From the NCBI GenBank assembly GCA_963790825.1, contig CAWBPM010000002.1:97702-161701 (forward strand): 64,000 nucleotides of DNA, written 5' to 3'. Shown in pieces: positions 30,849 through 39,901 of the stretch. Below the pieces are notes generated by a model. It saw only the letters and a list, made by a program, of their open reading frames with translations. It was not told the DNA's origin and searched no databases. The stretch's first letter is position 1, and each line of letters starts with the position of its first letter. Position numbers and translations under genes: made by a program. Origin of the DNA: Candidatus Levyibacteriota bacterium (GTDB lineage Bacteria > Patescibacteriota > Microgenomatia > Levybacterales > UBA12049).

Positions 30849-30876
30849 AGGTATGCGGAGTTGAATGTGTGAGGAA
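30849..30876 (-). repeat. mosaic junction: A-3'-end-like segment fused to an inverted family-B core
   Basis: Plus strand reads GGTATGCGGAG-TTGAATGTGTGAGGAA. GGTATGCGGAG resembles the A end GGTAAGCGGAG. The reverse complement of the rest is TTCCTCACACATTCAA, which is the B core with 1 mismatch. Confidence 0.55.
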
Positions 30877-30914
30877 TCATTGACTTGCCTTCTTAATCGT
30901 GCCACACTATTTGT

Positions 30915-31553
30915 ATGGAAGAGCAGGTAAAATCGTTTCAACTTTCCCCAGCCCCTGATAAGAACCACCATAAAAGAGTCATTATGTACGGAATAGGGGC
31001 AATATTTCTTTTGATATTAGGTATGGGAATTGGATATTTAATAGGAATAAATAATACTGTCAGCTATTCAATAAAACCACAGACAGAAACATTAAAGCAA
31101 AATTCAAATACTACCATATTGTCAATTTCTCCTTCCCCAACTGATGACCAAATCTTAAATATGCTTCCTACGCTGGAGCCAGAGTTTCAATGGCAACAAG
31201 TAAAAACAGCACAATTTACTTATCCTTTAACGTCAAACACACAATTATCTGGAGAGCAGAGAATTGGAACTCAAATGGTGCAGGATGCAAATAGTTGGCC
31301 GACACCATCGTTTGCCCCCAGTCACATCGATTTACCAACATTGCTAAAGAATGGTTGGAATGAAGATATTACCTTAGATACAGGAGGTGTAGGAGGAGGA
31401 CAGCAAGGATTTAACAAATTTGAAGGGGGAAAAGAGCGAATTCTTGTTTGGGGAACTTCAATAGGCCCATTGGTTCCATCCGCTAATGGACCGGATGTTC
31501 TCAAATGCCCCTGTACTAGGCAAACAACTGTTTTTATCAGCAATCCCTTCTAA
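30915..31553 (+). CDS. hypothetical membrane-anchored protein
   Basis: 212 aa with a TM helix at residues ~23-45 (VIMYGIGAIFLLILGMGIGYLIG), then a Gln/Thr/Pro-rich extracytoplasmic domain. No motif. Confidence 0.45.
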   Translation: MEEQVKSFQLSPAPDKNHHKRVIMYGIGAIFLLILGMGIGYLIGINNTVSYSIKPQTETLKQNSNTTILSISPSPTDDQILNMLPTLEPEFQWQQVKTAQFTYPLTSNTQLSGEQRIGTQMVQDANSWPTPSFAPSHIDLPTLLKNGWNEDITLDTGGVGGGQQGFNKFEGGKERILVWGTSIGPLVPSANGPDVLKCPCTRQTTVFISNPF

Positions 31554-31603
31554 ATTATAAAAATTATAAGTATCATTAATCCGTTCATGGGCTAAAGTAA
31601 AAA

Positions 31604-31630
31604 TTCCTCACATATTCAACCAGAGGGAGT
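31604..31630 (+). repeat. family-B repeat, copy B2
   Basis: TTCCTCACATATTCAACCAGAGGGAGT. Potential CCTC/GAGG stem. Followed 8 nt later by an ATG opening a 25-codon ORF. Confidence 0.6.
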
Positions 31631-31707
31631 AAAATTATGCTTAGAACGTTTCAGGCAGATAGACAAATTCTTTATGTAACCTTTTCAGAGTTTGGTATAC
31701 TTAATTC

Positions 31708-32184
31708 ATGTTAATTAGAAAAGCAACAATTAACGATGGGCAACAACTGATTGAAAAACTCGCAGAATTCGACGAGTACCTTACTCCATTATTTTCGCCA
31801 GAAATTAATCCCTTTGTCCAATATAAAGATAAAAACAAGACGTTTGAAGAAGTAGTGACGGAATGGCTAAATAACCCAGAATATATTCTTTTTGTTGCAG
31901 AAGATAACGGAAGTTTACTCGGTCATATATGTGGAACAGTTAAAAAGAAAAAATACTCTGTAAAAGATAGGGAAGGATCAGTAGAAGAATGGTTTGTTTC
32001 AGAAGAATATAGGCACCAAGGAATAGGTAAACAACTTTATCAAGCACTTTTATTAGAATTCAAAAAAGCAAAGTGCACTCATTTAAAATTACGTGTGTTT
32101 ACCGATAACAAGAAAACAATAGGTATGTATCATAAAATGGGTTTTATGGATCTAGAGTTTACTTTGATTAAAAAACTAGAATAA
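31708..32184 (+). CDS. GNAT family N-acetyltransferase
   Basis: VSEEYRHQGIGKQLYQALLLEF acetyl-CoA binding motif. 158 aa. Confidence 0.65.
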   Translation: MLIRKATINDGQQLIEKLAEFDEYLTPLFSPEINPFVQYKDKNKTFEEVVTEWLNNPEYILFVAEDNGSLLGHICGTVKKKKYSVKDREGSVEEWFVSEEYRHQGIGKQLYQALLLEFKKAKCTHLKLRVFTDNKKTIGMYHKMGFMDLEFTLIKKLE

Positions 32185-32194
32185 TCAAGTAATA

Positions 32195-32222
32195 GTTCCC
32201 CGCATATTCAATCAGATGGGGC
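32195..32222 (+). repeat. family-B repeat, copy B3 (compensatory CCCC/GGGG stem)
   Basis: GTTCCCCGCATATTCAATCAGATGGGGC. Where B2 has CCTC...GAGG, this copy has CCCC...GGGG at the equivalent positions. Confidence 0.6.
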
Positions 32223-32333
32223 AAATTATTATAGTCTCAACCAACTATATCGGACTGTACCAACTCCAAATAGAATTCTAGTTTTGGTTAAGATTTGCAA
32301 TCCAATCCTATAGCTGATATGTTTCTTGTAATT

Positions 32334-32935
32334 ATGCCAAAAGAATTTGAAGGTATTCTTGTAGCTCTCGAAGGAATTGATAATGGGGGTAAAAGTAGCC
32401 ATATTAATATCCTAGAAAGAAGACTTATAGCAAAGGAATTTCGTGTGAGATTACAAAAGAACTAAGCACACCAGTAGGGGAACTTGTCCGGAAGTATTTA
32501 AGAGAGGGTAATTTTTCTCCGCATCTGAAAACTTTACTTTTTGCAGCCGATAGAGTTGAAAGAGTTGATAAGCAAGTCAAACCAGCACTCCAGCAAGGAA
32601 AAGTCGTCCTTGCTGATAGATGGTCTCTTTCAGCAGTAGTGTACCGAGGCGTTGAGGGATTTGATGCTGAGTATGTTTTGGCAGTGAATTCTAAAACCCT
32701 GCAGCCAAATAAGATTTTCCTTATAGATATACCTGCTGAACTTTCAGTAAAACGGGGCGAATTAGGGAACAAACCACATCCGTATTCGATTGAATTTCTT
32801 GATAATGCAAGGAGACACTATCTTGAATTAGCAGGAAAAGATTCAGACATTGAAGTAATCGATGGAACACAATCTTTTGATGTGATAAATAACCTTCTCC
32901 TTCAACGAATCTTGAAATTAAGAGAGGGTAAATAA
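32334..32935 (+). pseudogene. tmk: thymidylate kinase with one -1 frameshift (pseudogene or 1-nt deletion error)
   Basis: N-terminus MPKEFEGILVALEGIDNGGKSS (P-loop) ends at a TAA near 32461. The rest (ELSTPVGELVRKYLREGNF...LADRWSLSAVVYRGVEG...) continues in the -1 frame to 32935. Restoring one A in TTACAAAAG (to TTAACAAAAG) rejoins the frames. Confidence 0.6.
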
Positions 32936-33006
32936 TGGCGAGAAAAAGACTTGAAGATCAGTAGAAAAAGATAATTTAGTTTATATTTATTCTTGACCTT
33001 TTGATT

Positions 33007-33534
33007 TCACTTATACAGACCTTTATGAATAAAGGGAATAAGAGCTAAAACTACAACATCCTCGTAAAGTTTATCTCTCGTAATCAAATCTTTAGTTAAT
33101 AGTCCAACGGCTCCGTTATTTTGCTTTGAATTGTGTTTTTTAAAGACAGTATCGATTGCATCGCCCAACTCCTTACCCTGTTTTACGAGTTGTGTAACTT
33201 TTTCTGGCAAAAAGTAAGTATCTGTTTTTGCGCTACCGGTTTGATCTTCAGATTTAATAACTACCCATGTAAATGAACTAAGCATACCACCGACTATCTC
33301 AACTCCACCCTCAATTCCTATCCAATAATCAGCTTTTGGAAATATTTTTACAACATTGTTAACCCTGTTTATGGCTCCCTTAATTGTTTCTTTGTCTCCT
33401 ATTGGTTGGCCTGCTACTCTCGACTCAACCGATACAGACTCGATTTTTACATCTTTTGTTTTAAATACTTTCTTGAAGGCGTTTTCAACAGCCCTTATTT
33501 TAACTGGATTGGTAGAAGCTATAACGATTTTCAT
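33007..33534 (-). CDS. yjjX: inosine/xanthosine triphosphatase (YjjX/DUF84 non-canonical NTPase)
   Basis: MKIVIASTNPVKIRAVENAFKKVF...VESRVAGQPIGDKETIKGAINR matches the YjjX family. Start taken at the internal Met, giving a 4-nt overlap with the upstream gene; the ORF as listed extends to 33594. Confidence 0.6.
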   Translation of the reverse strand: MKIVIASTNPVKIRAVENAFKKVFKTKDVKIESVSVESRVAGQPIGDKETIKGAINRVNNVVKIFPKADYWIGIEGGVEIVGGMLSSFTWVVIKSEDQTGSAKTDTYFLPEKVTQLVKQGKELGDAIDTVFKKHNSKQNNGAVGLLTKDLITRDKLYEDVVVLALIPFIHKGLYK

Positions 33535-34301
33535 TTTAAAAGATTGAGTATATCCTGTTTTATTTTTGGTTTTCCCTCTGAACCTAACAACCATAAAGCT
33601 CTATCAAAAGTAATCCAATTTATCCCAGCTTCTTTGCATGCTTTGTTCCACAACAACTTAACTTGCTGTATGTTTTTATCTGTCATTTCGTTATTCTCAA
33701 CAAACCCCATCAAATGAGCAATACGAACATCGTGTATGTCGACCGGTTGTAAGACAGACCCAATATCATTATATTTGAAACCAAAAGTGGAAATCATGGC
33801 CCTAAAAAAGAGATTTCCTGTTTTCGGCCCCATACCTCTAAAATCCTGAATTTTGCCTACTGCTTCTATTGCTGTTTTAGAATCTGTAAACATTTTTGTC
33901 GGGTCGCCATCATAATATTCTTGTAACTTTTTGGAATTTGCCTTATAACGAACAACTGCTTCATTAGGGTAGCGAGGCTTCATATATTCAGTTAGAATTT
34001 TAAACAATTCTTCACCACTCAAATCTCGAATGTATGAGGGTGTAAAAAATTCTGGTTTTTGTTGATAACATCTTGTTGCTCCCGCATATAAAACCCTTCC
34101 TTTAATGGCGTAATCGAGTTGGATTACATAGAATAGAAATAAAGATTGTCGAAGCGGGCTAGCTTCTTTTGGGACATAATCTTCTACATTTCTAAATTCT
34201 GAAAAAACACCTTCACGAGCAAGAAATCTATTTGTAACAGTTGTTACAAACTCCGACACAGCTAAACCTTCTTCATTTTGTAGTTTTCTTTGTCTTCCCA
34301 C
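33531..34301 (-). CDS. HhH-GPD superfamily DNA glycosylase-like protein
   Basis: Helix-hairpin-helix FRGMGPKTGNLFFRAM followed about 20 aa later by VDIHDVRIAHLMG. This resembles the LPGVGxKTA...VDTHxxRV pattern of Nth/AGOG-type glycosylases. No Fe-S cysteine cluster. Confidence 0.45.
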   Translation of the reverse strand: MGRQRKLQNEEGLAVSEFVTTVTNRFLAREGVFSEFRNVEDYVPKEASPLRQSLFLFYVIQLDYAIKGRVLYAGATRCYQQKPEFFTPSYIRDLSGEELFKILTEYMKPRYPNEAVVRYKANSKKLQEYYDGDPTKMFTDSKTAIEAVGKIQDFRGMGPKTGNLFFRAMISTFGFKYNDIGSVLQPVDIHDVRIAHLMGFVENNEMTDKNIQQVKLLWNKACKEAGINWITFDRALWLLGSEGKPKIKQDILNLLK

Positions 34302-34534
34302 TACACAATATTAGCTCGCAGATTGAATAAAATCAACACAAAATTATGCCTGATAATAAGTTCTGATATCATCCACCAGTAAAATAAGACGATGAAAGTT
34401 CTTTATTTCCTAACAAGTTGCCGACAAAGAGATAACTTCGCTTATTAAGGAAATATCAAAGTTATTCTAATATCACGACTTTCGTAAATATTATTATCTA
34501 TTATTTTGATTGTACATTTCTCCGTAATACTAAG

Positions 34535-34580
34535 TTCCCACATATTCAATCCCGGTTTGATCGAAATCAACCAGAGGAGT
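34535..34580 (+). repeat. family-B repeat, copy B4 (with 17-nt palindromic insertion)
   Basis: GTTCCCACATATTCAAT-CCCGGTTTGATCGAAAT-CAACCAGAGGAGT. The core is interrupted by an insertion containing the palindrome TTGATCGAAATCAA. Confidence 0.55.
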
Positions 34581-34595
34581 ATTCCGGCAAAGCAT

Positions 34596-36252
34596 TCAAT
34601 AATCTTCTAAAGTTGAGGTATCACCGATAGGGAGGCCGAGTTCTTTCGCCTTCAAAATTCTTCGCATAATCTTACCTGATCTCGTCTTTGGCAGCTTATC
34701 GATAAATTCAATTTCTCTGGGATATGCATGACCTGCAAGGTATTTTTTTACGTGTTCTGCCAGCTCTTTCTTCAATTCTTCAGACGGCTGATAATCTTTT
34801 TTCAAAACAACAAATGCTTTTATGATTTCCCCACGGAGTGGGTCGGGTTTGCCGAATTACTCCCGCTTCGACAACAGCCGGATGTTTAACCAGCGCGCTT
34901 TCTACCTCAAAAGGTCCTACCCGTTCACCTGAGGTTTTAATAACATCGTCAGCCCGTCCGATAAACCAATAATATCCTTCAGGATCTTTTTTCGCTTTAT
35001 CACCTGACAAATACCAGCCATTTAAGAAGTAACTGTTATATTTCTCTTCATTCTTCCAAACCGTTCTCATAATCGATGGCCAAAACGGTTTCAGACACAA
35101 ATTTCCCTCTTGACCGTCTGAAACAGGCTTCCCTTCGTCATCTAAAATCGCAGCCTGCATCCAAGGAAGTGGCTTTCCCATTGAGCCGGGCTTTACGTCC
35201 AGAGAAGATAGATTAGATATCATAATCGATCCGGTTTCTGTTTGCCACCAGCCATCATGGAAATACATACCAAACGTCTCCTTTCCCCAAATAACTGCTT
35301 CCGGATTTAGCGGTTCACCGACGGATGTTAAATAGCGAAGACTGGACAAATCGTACTTTTTCGTAAGTGCTGCTCCTTGAGCCATAAGCATCCGGATTGC
35401 GGTAGGTGCGGTATACCAAACGGTTACTTTATGTTTTTCAATCAATCCATACCATACTTCAGGATCAAATCTTCCTCCATGAACAAAGGTAGTAATACCT
35501 AAGGACCAGTTACTTAAAATGCTATAAACTATGCCTGTTACCCATCCCGGATCGGCAGTACACCAATACACATCATCGGGTTTCAGGTCAAGTATTAATT
35601 TCGCGCTGGCATGAGACTGAACAATACCCGCATGTGCATGAACAATACCCTTCGGCTTACCGGTGGTTCCTGAGGTATACAACATGAATGCATAATCTTC
35701 AGGCTGAGTATGAACTACGGAGAAGGTCTCAGCTTGCAAATCAAAATCTGCACGGAATTTATCATCGTCAACAACGATGACATGCTCTAAAGCAGGCAAA
35801 TCTTTTATTACCGAATTGATTCGTACGGCTAGATCTTTGTTAGTGATGACGACTTTTGCTTCAGAATTTCCCAATCTGTCTTTTAATGCATCTTGCTGGA
35901 ATGCCGAGAACATACTTCCGGCAATTGCTCCGGTTTTTAAAATACCGAGAAAAGAAATAAATAATTCCGGAATCCGAGGGAGGAAAATAAATACACGGTC
36001 TCCTTTTTTGACGCCTTGGGAAGTTAGGTAATTTGCAATTTTATTGCTTTGTTTCGAAAGTTGAAAGAAGGAATACTCACTTACTTTTCCATCTTCCGAT
36101 TCGAAGATAAGCCCAATTCTATTTCCGTTTCCTCTCTCAATATGTTTATCGACTGCGTTATAAGCACTATTCAGCGATCCATCTTCAAAAAAAGCGATAT
36201 CTTTTTTAGCTGCTTCAAGAAGTGGGTGGGACAGTAGATACTTGTTATCCAT
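34596..36252 (-). pseudogene. acs: AMP-forming acyl/acetyl-CoA synthetase with one +1 frameshift near the C-terminus (pseudogene or sequencing error)
   Basis: 490-aa ORF with the AMP-binding motif YTSGTTGKPKG ends out of frame (…EAGVIRQTRPTPW…). The downstream 69-aa ORF encodes the authentic C-terminus (KAFVVLKKDYQPSEEL…LPKTRSGKIMRRIL). The frames rejoin if one base is removed in GGAGTAATTCGGCAAACC. Confidence 0.6.
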
Positions 36253-36407
36253 ATATAGTATCTATTTATCATATAGGAAAAGGGAGAGGTATTGTCAAGA
36301 TGTAAATTTTTGGTTTATAAAGTATAACACCATAGCTCACCTATACGTCTACTGCCTCTTGCATAGTAAATTTAAATCTGGCTATACTAAAGATAACCAA
36401 TATTAGT

Positions 36408-36728
36408 ATGATTTCTATCACTTCACTATTTAGTCTTAATACTATTATTATATTTAGTCTTTGTTTTTTATATTTTTTTATTCCTTCATTCGTTACGTAT
36501 TTTGCCGAGGCAAATCTTAGGAAAAAAATATGCTTTGGCCTCTTAACTCTAGTGGTTCAATCGTTAATTGTAGGTATAGCGGCATTACTGGCCTCGCACG
36601 GACAAGCGTTGAGAAGTGATAATTTCTTAATTCTTTTATATGCGGAAGTAATGTCGATACTGGGAATTTTCGCTGCGGCTATAAGTAATATTATCGAAAG
36701 AAAGCAACTGACCAAAGACAAAAAGTAA
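36408..36728 (+). CDS. small membrane protein
   Basis: 106 aa with three predicted TM segments. No motif. Confidence 0.35.
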   Translation: MISITSLFSLNTIIIFSLCFLYFFIPSFVTYFAEANLRKKICFGLLTLVVQSLIVGIAALLASHGQALRSDNFLILLYAEVMSILGIFAAAISNIIERKQLTKDKK

Positions 36729-36734
36729 TTCTTC

Positions 36735-39000
36735 TTATTTCTTATTTACCAACTTTCTCTCAAACTCTGCAATATTTTCTCTGACACTGTCGATGACATC
36801 AGGAGCAATAGAAACGCTGGTTATGCCATATTCTACTAATTTTTCCAGAAGATCCGGATACAAAGAAGGCGCCTGTCCGCAAATAGACGCTGTGATATGG
36901 TGCTTATGAGCAGTTTTGATAACATGTTCAAGCGCCCACAAAACCGCTTCACTCCGTTCATCAAATTCCGCTGCCACCTCGCTATTGTCCCGATCAGTTC
37001 CCAAAATCAACATGGTTAAATCATTTGATCCGATCGAAATACCGTCAATACCAACTTTTATAAATTCGTCAAGTAAAATAACATTCGAAGGAATTTCTAC
37101 CATCATGAAAAGCTTGAATGTCGGAGTTCTGTAAAGACCCGAAGCATTAATAATTTTCTTGACTTCAATCAGCTCATGAACGTTCCTGACAAACGGAATC
37201 ATGAGCCAAAGATTTTTCAACATCTTTTTGTTTCTGATTATTTTAATAGCTTCAAGTTCCATCTCGAAGACCTCGGGATCATGAATATACCGGTAAGCCC
37301 CGCGGTAACCCAGCATAGGATTTGGCTCGATAGGCTCAAATTCTTTCCCGCCGTCCAAGCCCCGATACTCATTCGTTTTTAAATCCGACGCCCGATAAAT
37401 AACCGGACGGGGATTAAAGGCTGAGCAAAAAGTCTCAAGCCCCAGAGCTAATTTATCAATAAAAACTTTTTTCTTCCCGTCCCGGATGAGTTTTTTCGGA
37501 TGAGTGCCGATATCTGCTATCATAAACTCCGCACGCAGTAACCCAACACCGTCGACATTTCGTCTGGCTACTTTTTCCGCGAGATCCGGTTGGGCAAGAT
37601 TAACATAAACTTTTGTCGCAGTTTTTATATATGCATGTCTTGCTTCAGGAATAGAACTCATCGCGCTTGGTTTGAAGCTCCCTTTGTATATTTCTCCCTT
37701 TGCTCCGTTTACCGTGATGACCTCTCCTGTTTTTAATATTTTTGTTGCCGTTTCGGTACCGACGACTGCCGGAATCCCCAGTTCCCGGGAAACAATCGCA
37801 GCATGTGAAGTTCTGCCGCCTTTTTCAGTCACGATAGCTACAGCTTTTTTCATCGCCGGAACATAATCGGGATTTGTTTGCTCTGCAACCAGTACATCTC
37901 CCGGGAGAACTTTATTAATTTCAGACACCGAATGAATTACTTTCCGCGGGGCCGCTGGCAATTCCCGGAGAAGCAGGGGCACCGGTAAGAAGAAGCGGTA
38001 GATTAATAACTTCCTCTTTTACCTTTTTCGTATGAGTAGTTGTAATTGCCCGGGTTTGGACAATATATACTTTATTTTTCTCAATCGCCCATTCGATGTC
38101 CTGGGGAAAATAATAATGATGCTCAAGTTTTTTTGCAAGAAGTGCGAGTTCTAAAATCTGATTGTCGGAAATTTTCTGTTTTTTCTTTTCATGATCCGTT
38201 AACCTAATCTCTTTATTTTTTGTCCCAACCTTTTTCAACATAATATCTTGCGGAGAGATAATTTTTTTCAAAATCTTAAGATCATCTTTTTTAACTTCAT
38301 AGTGATCGGGCGTAACCGTTCCCTGAACAATATTTTCTCCGAGACCCAAAATTGCTTCGATGGTAATGACAGACTTATCATTAGTTACCGGATCAAGGGA
38401 AAACATAACACCGGATTTTTCTGACTCAACCATTTTTTGAACAACGATTGCGATACCGACTCTGAAATGATCAAAATGTTGTTCATGCCGGTAAAATATG
38501 GCACGCGGTTCAAAAAGTGATGCCCAAGCTTCTTTGACTGCGAAGAGTAGATTTGTTTCACCTTTTATATTAAGATACGTTTCCTGCTGTCCTGCGAAAG
38601 ACGCAGTTGGCAAATCCTCAGCAGTAGCGCTTGAACGCACCGCAACAAGTGCGTCTTTAAAAATACCACCCAACATTTTATACGATTTAAAAATGTCATT
38701 GATTAATTGTTCCGACATACTCGCTTCCATAATCAGTTTTTTAATAAGTGAGGAAACTTGAGCAAGTGATTCGGGTCTGTCAAAACCGGTGGTTCCCAGT
38801 AGATGTTTAATTTTTGTGGTCAGGTTATTTTCGTGAAGAAACTGGAAATAAGATTGGGAGGAAACAATAAACCCATTCGGAACGGGAAATTTGGCTCTGG
38901 TCATCTCGCCCAAATTAGCACCTTTTCCGCCAACAACGGGAATGTCATTTTTATCTACTTCGGAAAACCAAAGAACTGATTTACTTTTTACGGGCATCAC
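36735..39000 (-). pseudogene. ppsA: phosphoenolpyruvate synthase (pyruvate, water dikinase) split by one frameshift
   Basis: N-terminal 359-aa ORF is the PPDK_N ATP-grasp (PEP/pyruvate-binding) part. C-terminal 415-aa ORF has the phospho-His mobile domain GGRTSHAAIVSRELGIPAVVG and the PEP-utilising TIM barrel. The junction near 37925-37980 falls in a G/C-run (AGCGGCCCCGCGG). A 1-nt indel rejoins GIASGPA to RKVIHSV. Confidence 0.6.
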
Positions 39001-39112
39001 TAAGTATTATGGAGCAGATGCAGAGAGTTAATCAAGGGGACAAAATAATTTCTTCCTTTTATTTGCCCTTTACATTTCCATCATTTTTTTTCTACAATAG
39101 ATAGGAAATACA

Positions 39113-39514
39113 GTGAACGATATGGATACAACTGCATATAAGGGTTTATTTTTAGAAACTGCCGAAGAATATGTACAAAAACTTGTGACAAATAGTAAGC
39201 TACTTTCTGCCAACTTTACTGATAGGGAAGCGATCTCGGCATTATATATTGCTGCACATTCGATAAAAAGTCAAAGTCTGATGATGGGATATACCGCAAC
39301 TGGTATTCTCAGCGGCACGCTTGAACAAATATTTAAAGAAGCGAAAGAAAGAAAAATACAGATCACCCTTTCGCAAATGAATCTTCTTTTTATCTGCATT
39401 CAAAGTCTAAAAGAATCGATTGAGAATATTAAGGCCAAAGACAAAGAAAAAGATGTGTCGGAAAATTACAAAAAACTTGAAGAGGTATTTCATATACAAT
39501 TAATAGGAAAATAA
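39113..39514 (+). CDS. Hpt (histidine phosphotransfer) domain protein
   Basis: AAHSIKSQSLMMGYTATGILSGTLEQIFKEA matches the Hpt HxxKG(S/A) helix motif. 133 aa. Directly upstream of a receiver gene and pilB. Confidence 0.5.
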   Translation: MNDMDTTAYKGLFLETAEEYVQKLVTNSKLLSANFTDREAISALYIAAHSIKSQSLMMGYTATGILSGTLEQIFKEAKERKIQITLSQMNLLFICIQSLKESIENIKAKDKEKDVSENYKKLEEVFHIQLIGK

Positions 39515-39515
39515 T

Positions 39516-39884
39516 ATGCGAATTTTACTAGTAGAAGACGATACTTTTTTCCAGAAATTCTACACAATGAAACTTACTGAAGCTGGTTTTCAGGTAGAAT
39601 TGGCTGAAAACGGAGCGGTAGGACTCGAAAAAGTTGGAGTTTCTCCGTATCCGGATTTAATTGTTTTGGACCTTGTTATGCCGGTAAAAGATGGATTTGA
39701 GTTTTTACGCGATTTTAAAAGTATAAAAATTCAGAAAAACATTCCAATTCTTGTATTCTCGACTTTGGGGCAAGAACAAGATATTACTAAAGCGAAAGAA
39801 ATGGGCGCAACGGACTATGTTAGCAAGAGTTTTTTTGATTTTGACAAATTACTTAAAAAGATTAATGATTTAATTAACAAATAA
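39516..39884 (+). CDS. response regulator receiver-only protein (CheY/PilH-like)
   Basis: MRILLVEDD...DLIVLDLVMPVKDGFEFL...VFSTLG...K shows the receiver Asp pocket and phospho-Asp context. 122 aa, no output domain. Confidence 0.75.
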   Translation: MRILLVEDDTFFQKFYTMKLTEAGFQVELAENGAVGLEKVGVSPYPDLIVLDLVMPVKDGFEFLRDFKSIKIQKNIPILVFSTLGQEQDITKAKEMGATDYVSKSFFDFDKLLKKINDLINK

Positions 39885-39901
39885 TACGAAATTACCTGCC
39901 T

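Noticed and set aside
28393-34580. Classical integron (IntI + attC) interpretation of the cassette-like island
   Set aside because: Neither repeat family has the RYYYAAC...GTTRRRY core pair of attC sites, and no intI/tyrosine recombinase ORF is present in the window. Kept as cassette-like but not called an integron.
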